Assembly (NCBI GenBank): GCA_963789395.1
Contig: CAWBKP010000013.1
Coordinates: 64,001 to 128,000, forward strand
Reading direction: 5' to 3'
DNA: 64,000 nt
Source of the DNA: an uncultured delta proteobacterium
GTDB taxonomy: Bacteria > Desulfobacterota > Desulfobacteria > Desulfobacterales > Desulfatirhabdiaceae
Positions 31,262 through 40,766 of this stretch are shown one piece after another (the first letter of the stretch is position 1; each line of letters opens with the position of its first letter). The notes under the pieces were generated by a model. The model saw only the letters and a program-made list of their open reading frames with translations. It was not told where the DNA came from and searched no databases. A program made the position numbers and the translations under genes.

Positions 31262-32960
31262 ACCCGCATTTCCACCAAGGCCTGTTTTTTACATCGGAGA
31301 CGGCCTGATCCTGCTGGGACTTGCTGCAATCCTTTATTGCTTCATCCGGCTTGCCTTTGACTCCCCCTTGGTTGTCTCCGGACCCGAGATTTCCCTGTCC
31401 CCGGGGGCGCTTCCCTGGTATGCGCTGCTTTCGGTGGGCCGGATGGCAATCGCCTATTTCCTGTCACTGGTCTTCAGCCTGTTTTACGGATACGCCGCTG
31501 CACGAAATCCCGGCGCACGGAAAGTGATGCTTCCGTTTCTGGATGTGATGCAAAGCTTACCGATTCTTTCATTTCTACCCGTTGTACTGCTGAGCCTGAA
31601 CGCCATTTTACCGGAACATTTTGCCACGGAGTTATCGGCTATCGTGCTGATTTTCACCTCCCAGGCATGGAACATCACCTTCAGCTATTACCAATCCCTG
31701 ACCACCATTCCCAATGAACTCAAGGAAGCTTCCGCCATTTTCCGTTTTTCTTCCTGGCTTCGCTTCAAGGAACTGGAGCTTCCCTTTGCCGCTGTGGGCC
31801 TGATTTGGAACAGCATGATTAGCTGGTCCGGCGGATGGTTTTTCTTAATGGCGGCTGAAATTTTTCATGTCGGATCCCGTGATTTTCGTCTGCCGGGGCT
31901 GGGGTCATATTTAAAAACCGCAGCTGTCCAGGGGGATATCATGGCGGTTCTGGCAGGCACAGGGGTTCTGATTCTGGTGGTTGTTATTCTGGATCAGTTT
32001 ATCTGGCGTCCGCTGCTGGCCTGGGCAGACAAATTCAAAATTGAAATGATAGAAGGCAATGAAGAATCTTCCTCCTGGTTTCTGGATATCCTTTACCGTT
32101 CGTGGCTGATGGACTTTTTCCAGCGCCGGATGGGCCCGCTGAATGAGAAGATGGATATTTACTTTCAGAGAAAAGACGAACGCCTCATCCTGCCGGTATC
32201 CCCCCCTGTCGGCAGACGGCCTGCCTGGCATTTTGCTCTGGCAATCATACTGCTGGCAGCAGTTCTTTACTGCGCCTTCATGGCTATTACCATGATGACG
32301 ACCCTTGTGTTAACCGACTGGATAGATCTGGGAATTGGACTTCTGGCCACATTGGCCCGTGTTTTCTCCTCCCTTATTATTGCGATGCTTTGGACCATTC
32401 CAGTCGGGGTCGCCATCGGCACCAACCGTCAACTTTCTTTGCTTCTTCAACCCCTGGTTCAGATAGTTGCGGCCATACCGGCAACCGCACTCTTTCCCGT
32501 TTTGCTGCTGGCACTTTTGCGTGTTTACGGGGGCCTGAATATTGCCGCAATCGCCCTGATGCTGATGGGTACCCAGTGGTATCTGCTGTTCAATGTCATT
32601 GCAGGTGCCTCGGCCATTCCACAGGACCTGCGTTTTACAACCGATCTATTGGGGCTGTCCTTGCTGGACCGCTGGCGAACGTTGATCCTTCCGGGAATTT
32701 TTCCCTACATCATCACCGGATCGATTACAGCCAGTTGCGGCGCATGGAATGCCAGTGTCGTTGCAGAGTATGTGGAATTCGGCGGCAAGACTTATGCAAC
32801 AACCGGCATCGGCGCAACGATAGCGCACGCAACAGATACGGGCAATTATGCACTCGTACTGGCCGGAACACTGGCCATGGTCTTCAGCGTAATTGTGATA
32901 AACCAGCTGTTCTGGCAGCGGCTTTACCGCCTGGCAGAGGAACGGTACTGTATGGAATGA
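31242..32960 (+). CDS. NitT/TauT-family ABC permease with two TM modules
   Basis: LDVMQSLPILSFLP, FTSQAWN, GGWFFLMAAE, GTQWYLLFNVIAG, AWNASVVAE. Confidence 0.88.
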   Translation: MKQFYYKPAFPPRPVFYIGDGLILLGLAAILYCFIRLAFDSPLVVSGPEISLSPGALPWYALLSVGRMAIAYFLSLVFSLFYGYAAARNPGARKVMLPFLDVMQSLPILSFLPVVLLSLNAILPEHFATELSAIVLIFTSQAWNITFSYYQSLTTIPNELKEASAIFRFSSWLRFKELELPFAAVGLIWNSMISWSGGWFFLMAAEIFHVGSRDFRLPGLGSYLKTAAVQGDIMAVLAGTGVLILVVVILDQFIWRPLLAWADKFKIEMIEGNEESSSWFLDILYRSWLMDFFQRRMGPLNEKMDIYFQRKDERLILPVSPPVGRRPAWHFALAIILLAAVLYCAFMAITMMTTLVLTDWIDLGIGLLATLARVFSSLIIAMLWTIPVGVAIGTNRQLSLLLQPLVQIVAAIPATALFPVLLLALLRVYGGLNIAAIALMLMGTQWYLLFNVIAGASAIPQDLRFTTDLLGLSLLDRWRTLILPGIFPYIITGSITASCGAWNASVVAEYVEFGGKTYATTGIGATIAHATDTGNYALVLAGTLAMVFSVIVINQLFWQRLYRLAEERYCME

Positions 32961-33035
32961 TGATTGAAAAAGCGATGGGGTGTTGATGGGATTTTGAATA
33001 TCACCCGCTGCAACTGTCTGAAGTGAGGAAAAACG

Positions 33036-34334
33036 ATGCCTGCAAAAATCGGAATCAAAACTGCCGAGACCCTGTTGAATCTTGAGAATGTCTGCAAGGG
33101 TTACGGAAGCGGGCCCAAACTGCTTCTGGCGGTAAAAGACATTACTCTGAACCTGAAAGCCGGTGAATTTGTATCGCTCCTGGGGCCGTCGGGTTGCGGC
33201 AAATCGACACTGCTTCGAATCGTTACCGGTTTGAACACCGCCACATCGGGAACCGTACAATACCGGGGACAGGAACTGAAAGGCATTAATCCCCATGCAA
33301 CCATCGTATTCCAGACATTTGCGCTCTATCCCTGGTTGACGGTTGAAGAAAATGTTGAAATTGCGCTGAAAGCCCGTGGCATTTCCGCATCGGTCCGGCA
33401 GGAAAAGGCCCGGAAACTGATTGATACCATCGGTCTGGACGGATTTGAATCGGCCTATCCCCGGGAGCTTTCCAGCGGCATGCGCCAGAAGGTCGGATTT
33501 GCCAGAGCTTTGGCGGTTGAACCGGAACTGCTGTGCCTGGACGAGCCGTTTTCCGCACTCGACATTCTCTCCGCCGAATCACTGCGCGGAGAGTTGATGG
33601 AACTCTGGCTGAACAAATCCATCCCCACCCAGGCGATTCTGATGGTCACCCACAATATTGAAGAGGCGGTTCTGATGGCCGACCGGATCGTGGTCATGGG
33701 AAAAGATCCGGGCAGAATCGTATCCGAAATCCAGGTATCCCTTCGCCACCCGCGGCACCGAAAGGATGCCTCGTTTCAGAACATCGTCGATAGTGTCTAT
33801 GCAGCGGTTGCCGGTCAGACCCGCCCGGAAATCGAGTCCCTGGGTACGGCCCCGGGTCAGCCGGGCGCAACCCGGCGACTCCCCAGAGCCCTGTTGAATC
33901 AGCTGGCCGGCCTTGTTGAAAAACTCTCTGATGAAGGCGGCAGAGCGGATCTCTACCGGATCGCCGGGGAGCTCTCCCTGGAACTGGATGACTTGTTGCC
34001 CATTGTCGAAGCCGGAGACCTGCTGGGATTTCTTTCGGTAAAGGAAGGCGATTTGCTTCTGGCGCTGCTGGGGCAGACGTATGCCGAAGCCAGCATTCTT
34101 GCCAGAAAGGAAATGCTGGCGGGCCGGGTGCTGAGGATGCCGGTAATTGCCTGGATTTATGAATCCCTGCGAAGGGATGAACACCACAGGCTGGAATGGG
34201 AGTATTTTCTGGACAAACTTCAGGCCGATTTCGGGAACCGGGCCGAAGATCAGCTCGATATCGCCATCAGCTGGGGACGTCATGCGGAACTATTCGCCTA
34301 TGACGACGACACCGGAGAATTGTATCTGGAATAA
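33036..34334 (+). CDS. NitT/TauT-family ABC ATP-binding protein with C-terminal AAA-associated domain
   Basis: GPSGCGKST, FQTFALYPW, ELSSGMRQKVG, LDEPF, VTHNIEEA, ISWGRHAELF. Confidence 0.9.
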   Translation: MPAKIGIKTAETLLNLENVCKGYGSGPKLLLAVKDITLNLKAGEFVSLLGPSGCGKSTLLRIVTGLNTATSGTVQYRGQELKGINPHATIVFQTFALYPWLTVEENVEIALKARGISASVRQEKARKLIDTIGLDGFESAYPRELSSGMRQKVGFARALAVEPELLCLDEPFSALDILSAESLRGELMELWLNKSIPTQAILMVTHNIEEAVLMADRIVVMGKDPGRIVSEIQVSLRHPRHRKDASFQNIVDSVYAAVAGQTRPEIESLGTAPGQPGATRRLPRALLNQLAGLVEKLSDEGGRADLYRIAGELSLELDDLLPIVEAGDLLGFLSVKEGDLLLALLGQTYAEASILARKEMLAGRVLRMPVIAWIYESLRRDEHHRLEWEYFLDKLQADFGNRAEDQLDIAISWGRHAELFAYDDDTGELYLE

Positions 34335-34462
34335 AAAAATCAGATGCCGTTGATTCGGCTTAACGGAAGACAGATGACAATTACCATCCAAAACTCCTTG
34401 AACAAGCCGGTCATCTTTGCTACATAGATAGTTTGTGTAAAAGATGCCAGAAGGAGAAAAAA

Positions 34463-35501
34463 ATGATTCGCGTGGGTATCGTTGGGGCCACAGGATATGC
34501 CGGTGCTGAACTGGTCCGGCTGCTGGCCGGCCATCCGGCCGTCGAATTAACGCTGCTGACTTCCCGCCAGTATGCGGGAACGCGCTTTGATGCGGTATTT
34601 CCGTCCATGGCCGGCAGTGTCGATCTGGTCTGCAGTGACTATTCCCTTGATGCGGTCTGCGATCAGACCGACATCATTTTCATGGCGCTTCCGCATCAGC
34701 TTCCCATGTCGTTTATTCCGCCGCTGTTGAAGAACGGCAAACGGGTGATCGATCTTTCGGCGGATTTCCGGTTCCGCGATGTGGCCGTGTACGAGCAGTA
34801 TTACCAGCCGCATCAGGCCGCGCAACTCATTGACGAATCGGTTTACGGCCTTAGCGAGATCTACGCGGAGCGGATCAAAACGGCGCGTCTCATAGGAAAT
34901 CCGGGCTGTTACCCCACCAGCGTTCTGCTGCCGCTGATTCCGCTATTAAAAAACGGACTGATCACGCCGAACGGGATAATCGCCGATTCCAAATCCGGTG
35001 TCAGCGGCGCAGGCCGCTCCCTTTCCCTGACCGCTCACTACTGTGAAGTCCAGGAATCCTTTAAAGCCTATAAAGTCGGCAATCACCGACACAACCCGGA
35101 AATGGACGAGGTATTGAGCATCGAATCCGAAAAACCGGTTTCGATCACCTTTGTTCCCCACCTGGTTCCCTTGAGCCGGGGAATGCTGACCACCCTTTAT
35201 GCCACCCCGGAAAAATCCGTCAGTTCCGATGCCATCCGCAGACTGCCTGGCGTCTTTTTACAGCGGACGCTATTTTATCCGGTTATGTCCCGACAACAAG
35301 CTGCCGGACACCCGCAATGTCCGCGGCACCAATTTTTGTGATATCGGCTTTAAGCTGGATGTTTCCCGGAACCGTCTTGTTCTGATTTCTGCGATCGACA
35401 ATCTGGTAAAGGGCGCTGCCGGGCAGGCCGTTCAAAACATGAATCTCATGCTGGGACTCGATGAAACAACCGGGCTCCGGCAGGTTCCGTACCCGATATA
35501 A
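34463..35501 (+). CDS. argC: N-acetyl-gamma-glutamyl-phosphate reductase (frameshift ~35235)
   Basis: GATGYAGAEL, DLSADFR, NPGCYPT, SGVSGAGR, HRHNPE, IDNLVKGAAGQAVQNMN. Confidence 0.96.
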
Positions 35502-35582
35502 TTGATGGGAAAGGTTGACAAGGTTGCGTAGAATCAATTGATACAGGAAGTACCCACATTTACCCAAAAAAGGAGATCCAAC

Positions 35583-36491
35583 ATGACAGCAAAGTTAATC
35601 CTGGGCACTGAAATTCGCGAACAAATCCTGGAGGAAATCACGGCCGAAGTAAAGGCAATCAAGGAAAAACACGGCGTGGTACCGGGACTGGTGACCATCC
35701 TGATCGGCGCCAATCCGGCATCGATGTCCTACGTCACTTTAAAGATTCAAACCGCTCATCGGGTCGGTTTCAACGAAGTCCAGGATTCCCAGCCGGTGGA
35801 TATTTCGGAAGCGGATCTTCTGGCGCTCATCGACAAATACAACAAGGACGATTCCATCAACGGCATCCTGGTGCAACTGCCGCTTCCCAAGCATATCAAT
35901 GAAAAGAAAGTGCTGAACGCCATCGATCCGGACAAGGACGTCGACGGGTTTCATCCGGTGAACGTGGGACGTCTGATGATCGGCGGCTCTGAAGTCAAAT
36001 TCCCGCCCTGCACCCCGGCCGGAATCCAGGAAATGATTATTCGGGCAGGCGTTGAAACCAAAGGCGCCGAAGTTGTGGTGGTCGGCCGCTCCAACATCGT
36101 CGGCAAACCCATTGCCAACATGATGCTTCAAAAAGGCGTCGGCGCCAATTCTACGGTAACGATTGTTCACACCGGCACCAAGAACATGGATGCCCACTGC
36201 AAACGGGCGGACATACTGATCGTGGCTGCCGGCGTTCCCGGCCTGGTCAAACCCGAATGGATCAAACCCGGCGCCTGCGTGATCGATGTCGGCGTCAACC
36301 GGGTCGGCGAGAAAGTCAGCGAAAAGACCGGCAAAAAAATTGCCATCCTTAAAGGAGACGTGGATTTTGATGCTGCCAAGGAAATCGCAGGATCCATCAC
36401 GCCCGTACCCGGCGGCGTGGGCCCCATGACCATCACCATGCTGATGAAAAACACCCTCAAATCCCTGAAATTCAAACTGGGAATTGCATAG
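35583..36491 (+). CDS. folD: Methylenetetrahydrofolate dehydrogenase/cyclohydrolase
   Basis: GILVQLPLP, KDVDGFHP, PCTPAG, GRSNIVGKP, IDVG, TPVPGGVGPMT. Confidence 0.97.
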   Translation: MTAKLILGTEIREQILEEITAEVKAIKEKHGVVPGLVTILIGANPASMSYVTLKIQTAHRVGFNEVQDSQPVDISEADLLALIDKYNKDDSINGILVQLPLPKHINEKKVLNAIDPDKDVDGFHPVNVGRLMIGGSEVKFPPCTPAGIQEMIIRAGVETKGAEVVVVGRSNIVGKPIANMMLQKGVGANSTVTIVHTGTKNMDAHCKRADILIVAAGVPGLVKPEWIKPGACVIDVGVNRVGEKVSEKTGKKIAILKGDVDFDAAKEIAGSITPVPGGVGPMTITMLMKNTLKSLKFKLGIA

Positions 36492-36520
36492 TCCTTCGTC
36501 AGCGCGTTACCATCATGAAT

Positions 36521-36573
36521 CCGCGGACGGCCTGTCGAGCTTCAATCCCGGCAGGCCGTCCGCGGCATTTTTT
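36521..36573. terminator. GC-rich hairpin between convergent folD and C-N hydrolase genes
   Basis: ccgcggacggcctg ... caggccgtccgcgg followed by a T-run. Confidence 0.7.
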
Positions 36574-36580
36574 CTGCGGA

Positions 36581-37387
36581 TCATCCCAATTCGTAGAGAT
36601 CCGGTCTTCTGTCTGCCAGAACCGTCATGGCCGCGCGGATTTCTTTGACCCGATCCATGTTGACCGTGGCGGTCAGCAGCATTTCATCGGTTTCTCCGGC
36701 TTCGATCACAGTCCTGCCCCAGGGATCGATGATCACGGAATCACCAAAATAGGTGACGACCCCGTCCGGCCCGAAGTCCTCGCTGCCGACCTGATTGATT
36801 CCGGCAATGAACATCTGGTTTTCAATGGCGCGGGCCCGCACCAGAATCTTCCAGTGATCAAGCCGTGGATAGGGAAACGCCATGGGACAAAACACGATTT
36901 CCACTCCCTTCAGCGCATAGGTGCGAAACAGCTCCGGAAAGCGGATATCATAGCAGATCGCCAGTCCCACCCGCCCCCATGGGGTATCCACAACCGTCAC
37001 ATGGTCTCCCGGAGCCATGTGTGCATCCTCGTGAAGCAGACTGAACAAATGGGTTTTACGATAGATCCCTGCCTGCTCGCCATTTGCGTTGAACAGAAAT
37101 GAGGTGTTGGAAACTTTTCCCGCATCGTTCAGCGCCAGCATGGACCCATTGATCCAAATTCCATATGTTTTTGCCATCTTTGCAACGCGATCGACAATTT
37201 TATCGTGTTCAGCGGCCATCCGGTCATTGTTCCGCCAGTTGAATCCCGTGGTCCACATCTCCGGAAAACAGATGACGTCGCTGCCCCGTCGCGATGCCTC
37301 GACAATCCAGGCCTCGGCTTTTCGAAGATTCGCTTCGGGCTCGGAGACGGCCACCCGCATCTGGGCGATGGACAGGGTAAGATTCAT
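36581..37387 (-). CDS. Carbon-nitrogen hydrolase (nitrilase superfamily, amidase-like)
   Basis: Catalytic E-K-C: FPEMW, YRKTHLF, ICYDIRFPE; ARAIENQ. Confidence 0.93.
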   Translation of the reverse strand: MNLTLSIAQMRVAVSEPEANLRKAEAWIVEASRRGSDVICFPEMWTTGFNWRNNDRMAAEHDKIVDRVAKMAKTYGIWINGSMLALNDAGKVSNTSFLFNANGEQAGIYRKTHLFSLLHEDAHMAPGDHVTVVDTPWGRVGLAICYDIRFPELFRTYALKGVEIVFCPMAFPYPRLDHWKILVRARAIENQMFIAGINQVGSEDFGPDGVVTYFGDSVIIDPWGRTVIEAGETDEMLLTATVNMDRVKEIRAAMTVLADRRPDLYELG

Positions 37388-40300
37388 TTTATTTCTCCCA
37401 GGCCAGAAATCGCCTTGTGTTTGACCGGCCCGCCCAGGATCTTTTGAACATCTTGCAGATACTGCCCGGATGCATTCAGATAAAAGGCCAGTCCGGCAGA
37501 AAAATTTTTCCCGATAATGCCGTCGATAAAGAGCATGCTGATTTCACGCTCTCTTTTCAGGATGTGCAAAGAGCCCAGAAGGATCTGGCGCTCCTCATCG
37601 GAAAGGGTTTTGGCCAGCATGATCAGCGCGGTGCGGCCCCGTGGCTGATAATTCCAGAAAAAAAGCAGATCCAGGGCATGGATGATCATGACCAGCTCCA
37701 GATCCTTGGCATCCCCGGACAGGCTTTTGTCCATGGCGCTGAGCGTTTCCATGACCTTCTTGTCCGGAAAGAGCAGTTCAAGACTGGTATAGGCCTCCAG
37801 AAGCCGGGTCAGCTTTTCCCGATAGTCGCGCAGCCGAAGATGGATATTCCGGTACCGGTCCGCGGCGCCTTCAATCACGCCGGCGACAAAATCCGAGGCT
37901 GCCTTGGAGATGACCGCCGCCCATTTCTGCAGAACCGCATCAATTTCGGGAACCCCGGCAGCCGACAGCAGGCCGGCAATCACGCCATTAAATATAATGG
38001 CAATGGGAATGGAGAGCATACTACGGAAAAAATTACCGGCAATGACGGTCTTGGGAAACCCGCGGAATGCGTTGTGACAGGAGAGGTAAATGCCGTTTGC
38101 GACCGCCATGATCGCATACAGCTCCGCAGAGTGGGTATGGGTCGTGATTCCCAGGGATTTATCCAGGATCAGGCTTTTTACCACCCAGTCGAGCAGCGGA
38201 ACGGAAAAACCGGTATAGAGCAGTGAATCGCCGATCCGCTCCCAGCTGATGTAATCTTTCCAGCCCAACAGCGGCGAACTGCGCAGCCCGCCGCCGCCGA
38301 GAATGGACTGAAGAATGTTGCGCACGCCGGTGATGCCGAACCAGATGAATGCGCCGCCGAATTTCAGCACCCACCAGTCATAGCGAAGGGAAAAGGCCAG
38401 AAATGCAGGGATAAATCCGATCGTCATCTTGATGATGATTTTGGCCAGGGTATTTAAATATGGCCAGGACAGTCGCAGCGCTTCCTGTTTCACCGGCGGG
38501 GGGCACAGATAAAGCGCGTTTCCGGCATCTTCATGAATTCCGCCCAGTGTAACGATATTGCCCGGAGACTCCATGCGGGTGGTGTGCTCCAGCCCTATCC
38601 AGTCCTTGCGGTGTTCATAAGCCAGCCAGCCGAGGCCCGGAATCGATCCGGCCCAGTCGAAAAAGCGATTGAGCAGCGGCGAGACACCTTGTCGCGGAAT
38701 ATAGGTTACGCGGCGGTAAGCGGTCATCCGGAAAGGAATGATCATGCGCTCCGAACCTGGGTGATAAATTTCCCTGACCGCCCGGCCGGGCAGGGTTTCC
38801 ATGACCGCAAGGCCCATACCATGCATGCGCGGCGACATTCCGGTTGAATCGCTGCCGATCCTCGATTTCAGGGGCGTTTTTTTGTACATCAGGCGCAATG
38901 TATTAATATCGTGAAGAATCCCTTCCAATTTCTCCAGGCGGTCCGCCTTGTCCTGACAGGACGACGCAGCTGTCTGATCCATGATTTCACGGATGATGCG
39001 CTTTAGCGTAATGACATTGCCTTCGTTGATCGCAACCTGCAGACGGCTGATCTCGGGAACACGGCTGGTCTTGCCGCCCGTGTAGTCCTTGAGGTTGAAT
39101 GTCTCCAGCCGCGTGATCAGCCCATCGCAATCATAGATCAGCTCCAGCACGTCCGCGGGATGCAGGTCCGTCAGATTCAAGGTGATGCGGTACGCCGTGC
39201 GCAGTTGCACCAGACGATGGAGCAGTTCGCGGGGTGACAGCCTGAGCAGGGGAGGAACATCCGGCCCGTCCTGAACATCCTGCGGATCAGCCAGTTCCGG
39301 ATTCCGGGCCGGACTCAGAAACCGCTCCAGAATGGTGTCAAAATCCAGGCAATTCATTTCCGCCACACGCGTATCGTTTATGCGTTGCTCTTGCGGGCTT
39401 GCCGAATCACACTGAAAGCGCAGTTCGGCAACTTTTTTCTCCATTTCCGGAAGGATCTGCGCATGTATGAATTTGGCCAGATGAAGCAGGGAGGTCTGGC
39501 CGGGTTTGACGAATGTCAGAAAAGCCGATGGATCAATGGGTTTCAGGGAAATGCCGTAAGTCTCATTGATCACCGGCAGATGCCGCCGGTTGAATGCCTC
39601 CAGAACCTGCAGGACCTGCTCCTGGCGGTATTCTGAAATCTGGCGGCCTTCTTCCATCAGGGTCCGGACCGGCGCCTCCGTCAAAAAGCAGAGAAAGGCC
39701 TGGGTATCGATAAACCCTCTGGGGACCCAGATCAATTGCACGTATCGGCCGCGAAAGCGGGCGGCATATTCGATGCCGATGCGCATCGTAATTCCCATGA
39801 TTTCGGCCGCCTCCAGAAGTTCAGCGGCAAAAGGCGCTTGAATATAATTATAGTACACCACGCGCAGCCTGCGAATCCCTTTGATCCAGGCATCCATGAT
39901 CAGGTGCGTGGCGGACTTTCGGCCCTTGGTGTTCACATCGTGAACATGGTCGTCAAAGGCCAGATGATTCCATTCTTCGGGCAGTTCCAGAAGATGATAG
40001 CGCTGAAGCTGCTTTCGCACGATGCGGGGTTTGCCCGTGGCTGTGATTCTGAAATCATGGGCCAGTTGGAGCTGCCGGTTGTAGTCTCCCTGGGTTCGCA
40101 CCAGTTCCTTCATGATCTGAAGCAGGGCACGGGCCGTATTTCTGGGCATGGCGCCGTCCGAGGCGTTGAGCACTTCGTCGCGCAATGCACGCAGTGCGCT
40201 GATGCGCTCGTCCTGTTTACCTGCATCCAGGGACTCGAGCAAATGAATGACGGCATAGGCAATGCGCAACCCCCTGGATTCGGCCAGTTTCTTAATGCCG

Positions 40301-40458
40301 TGCGGGTGGAAGTGGGGGTAAAACTTGCGTTTATTATATTCCTGGCGTTTATCCCGGTTCAGCACGTCATTGACGATGGCCAACAAACCATGGTCACGTT
40401 TGTCAAACATGATGCCGGACAATTTGCGCATGATCAATTTTTTGCCCCTATGCGTCAA
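37384..40458 (-). CDS. Large hypothetical protein: PHP-like region plus C-terminal multi-TM domain
   Basis: Intact 1024-aa ORF; FDDHVHD..TKGRKS, IGIE and IGSDSTG resemble PHP motifs; hydrophobic segments from ~aa 675. Confidence 0.7.
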   Translation of the reverse strand: MTHRGKKLIMRKLSGIMFDKRDHGLLAIVNDVLNRDKRQEYNKRKFYPHFHPHGIKKLAESRGLRIAYAVIHLLESLDAGKQDERISALRALRDEVLNASDGAMPRNTARALLQIMKELVRTQGDYNRQLQLAHDFRITATGKPRIVRKQLQRYHLLELPEEWNHLAFDDHVHDVNTKGRKSATHLIMDAWIKGIRRLRVVYYNYIQAPFAAELLEAAEIMGITMRIGIEYAARFRGRYVQLIWVPRGFIDTQAFLCFLTEAPVRTLMEEGRQISEYRQEQVLQVLEAFNRRHLPVINETYGISLKPIDPSAFLTFVKPGQTSLLHLAKFIHAQILPEMEKKVAELRFQCDSASPQEQRINDTRVAEMNCLDFDTILERFLSPARNPELADPQDVQDGPDVPPLLRLSPRELLHRLVQLRTAYRITLNLTDLHPADVLELIYDCDGLITRLETFNLKDYTGGKTSRVPEISRLQVAINEGNVITLKRIIREIMDQTAASSCQDKADRLEKLEGILHDINTLRLMYKKTPLKSRIGSDSTGMSPRMHGMGLAVMETLPGRAVREIYHPGSERMIIPFRMTAYRRVTYIPRQGVSPLLNRFFDWAGSIPGLGWLAYEHRKDWIGLEHTTRMESPGNIVTLGGIHEDAGNALYLCPPPVKQEALRLSWPYLNTLAKIIIKMTIGFIPAFLAFSLRYDWWVLKFGGAFIWFGITGVRNILQSILGGGGLRSSPLLGWKDYISWERIGDSLLYTGFSVPLLDWVVKSLILDKSLGITTHTHSAELYAIMAVANGIYLSCHNAFRGFPKTVIAGNFFRSMLSIPIAIIFNGVIAGLLSAAGVPEIDAVLQKWAAVISKAASDFVAGVIEGAADRYRNIHLRLRDYREKLTRLLEAYTSLELLFPDKKVMETLSAMDKSLSGDAKDLELVMIIHALDLLFFWNYQPRGRTALIMLAKTLSDEERQILLGSLHILKREREISMLFIDGIIGKNFSAGLAFYLNASGQYLQDVQKILGGPVKHKAISGLGEIK

Positions 40459-40660
40459 TACACCTCAGGCAGTCCTGAGGAAATCGGAATGTGCCTTTTC
40501 CCACCAGGCTGACTTCAACCAGGGCGTCGGAATCATTGATGGCGGTATCCGGATCGGTAATAATGCCGTGAGTTCCGACATAAGCATCCATAAAACTTTC
40601 CCATCCATCATCCGTTGACTTTTTATAAATCTCAACTTTTTGTCCTTTACGAAACCCCAT
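40448..40660 (-). CDS. Small hypothetical protein (SH3/KOW-like pattern)
   Basis: GGAGGG RBS; MGFRKGQKVEI...MDAYVGTHGII...FRFPQDCL; stop overlaps the next start. Confidence 0.7.
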   Translation of the reverse strand: MGFRKGQKVEIYKKSTDDGWESFMDAYVGTHGIITDPDTAINDSDALVEVSLVGKGTFRFPQDCLRCIDA

Positions 40661-40766
40661 TTTTCCCCTCCCTTATAACCCACCTGTTTTCTTGGCACAA
40701 CAACACATGTTGCAGCCTTTCCCCCCTTGGAAACGGGGAAGGTACCGCCGATTTCTCACCTCGATT

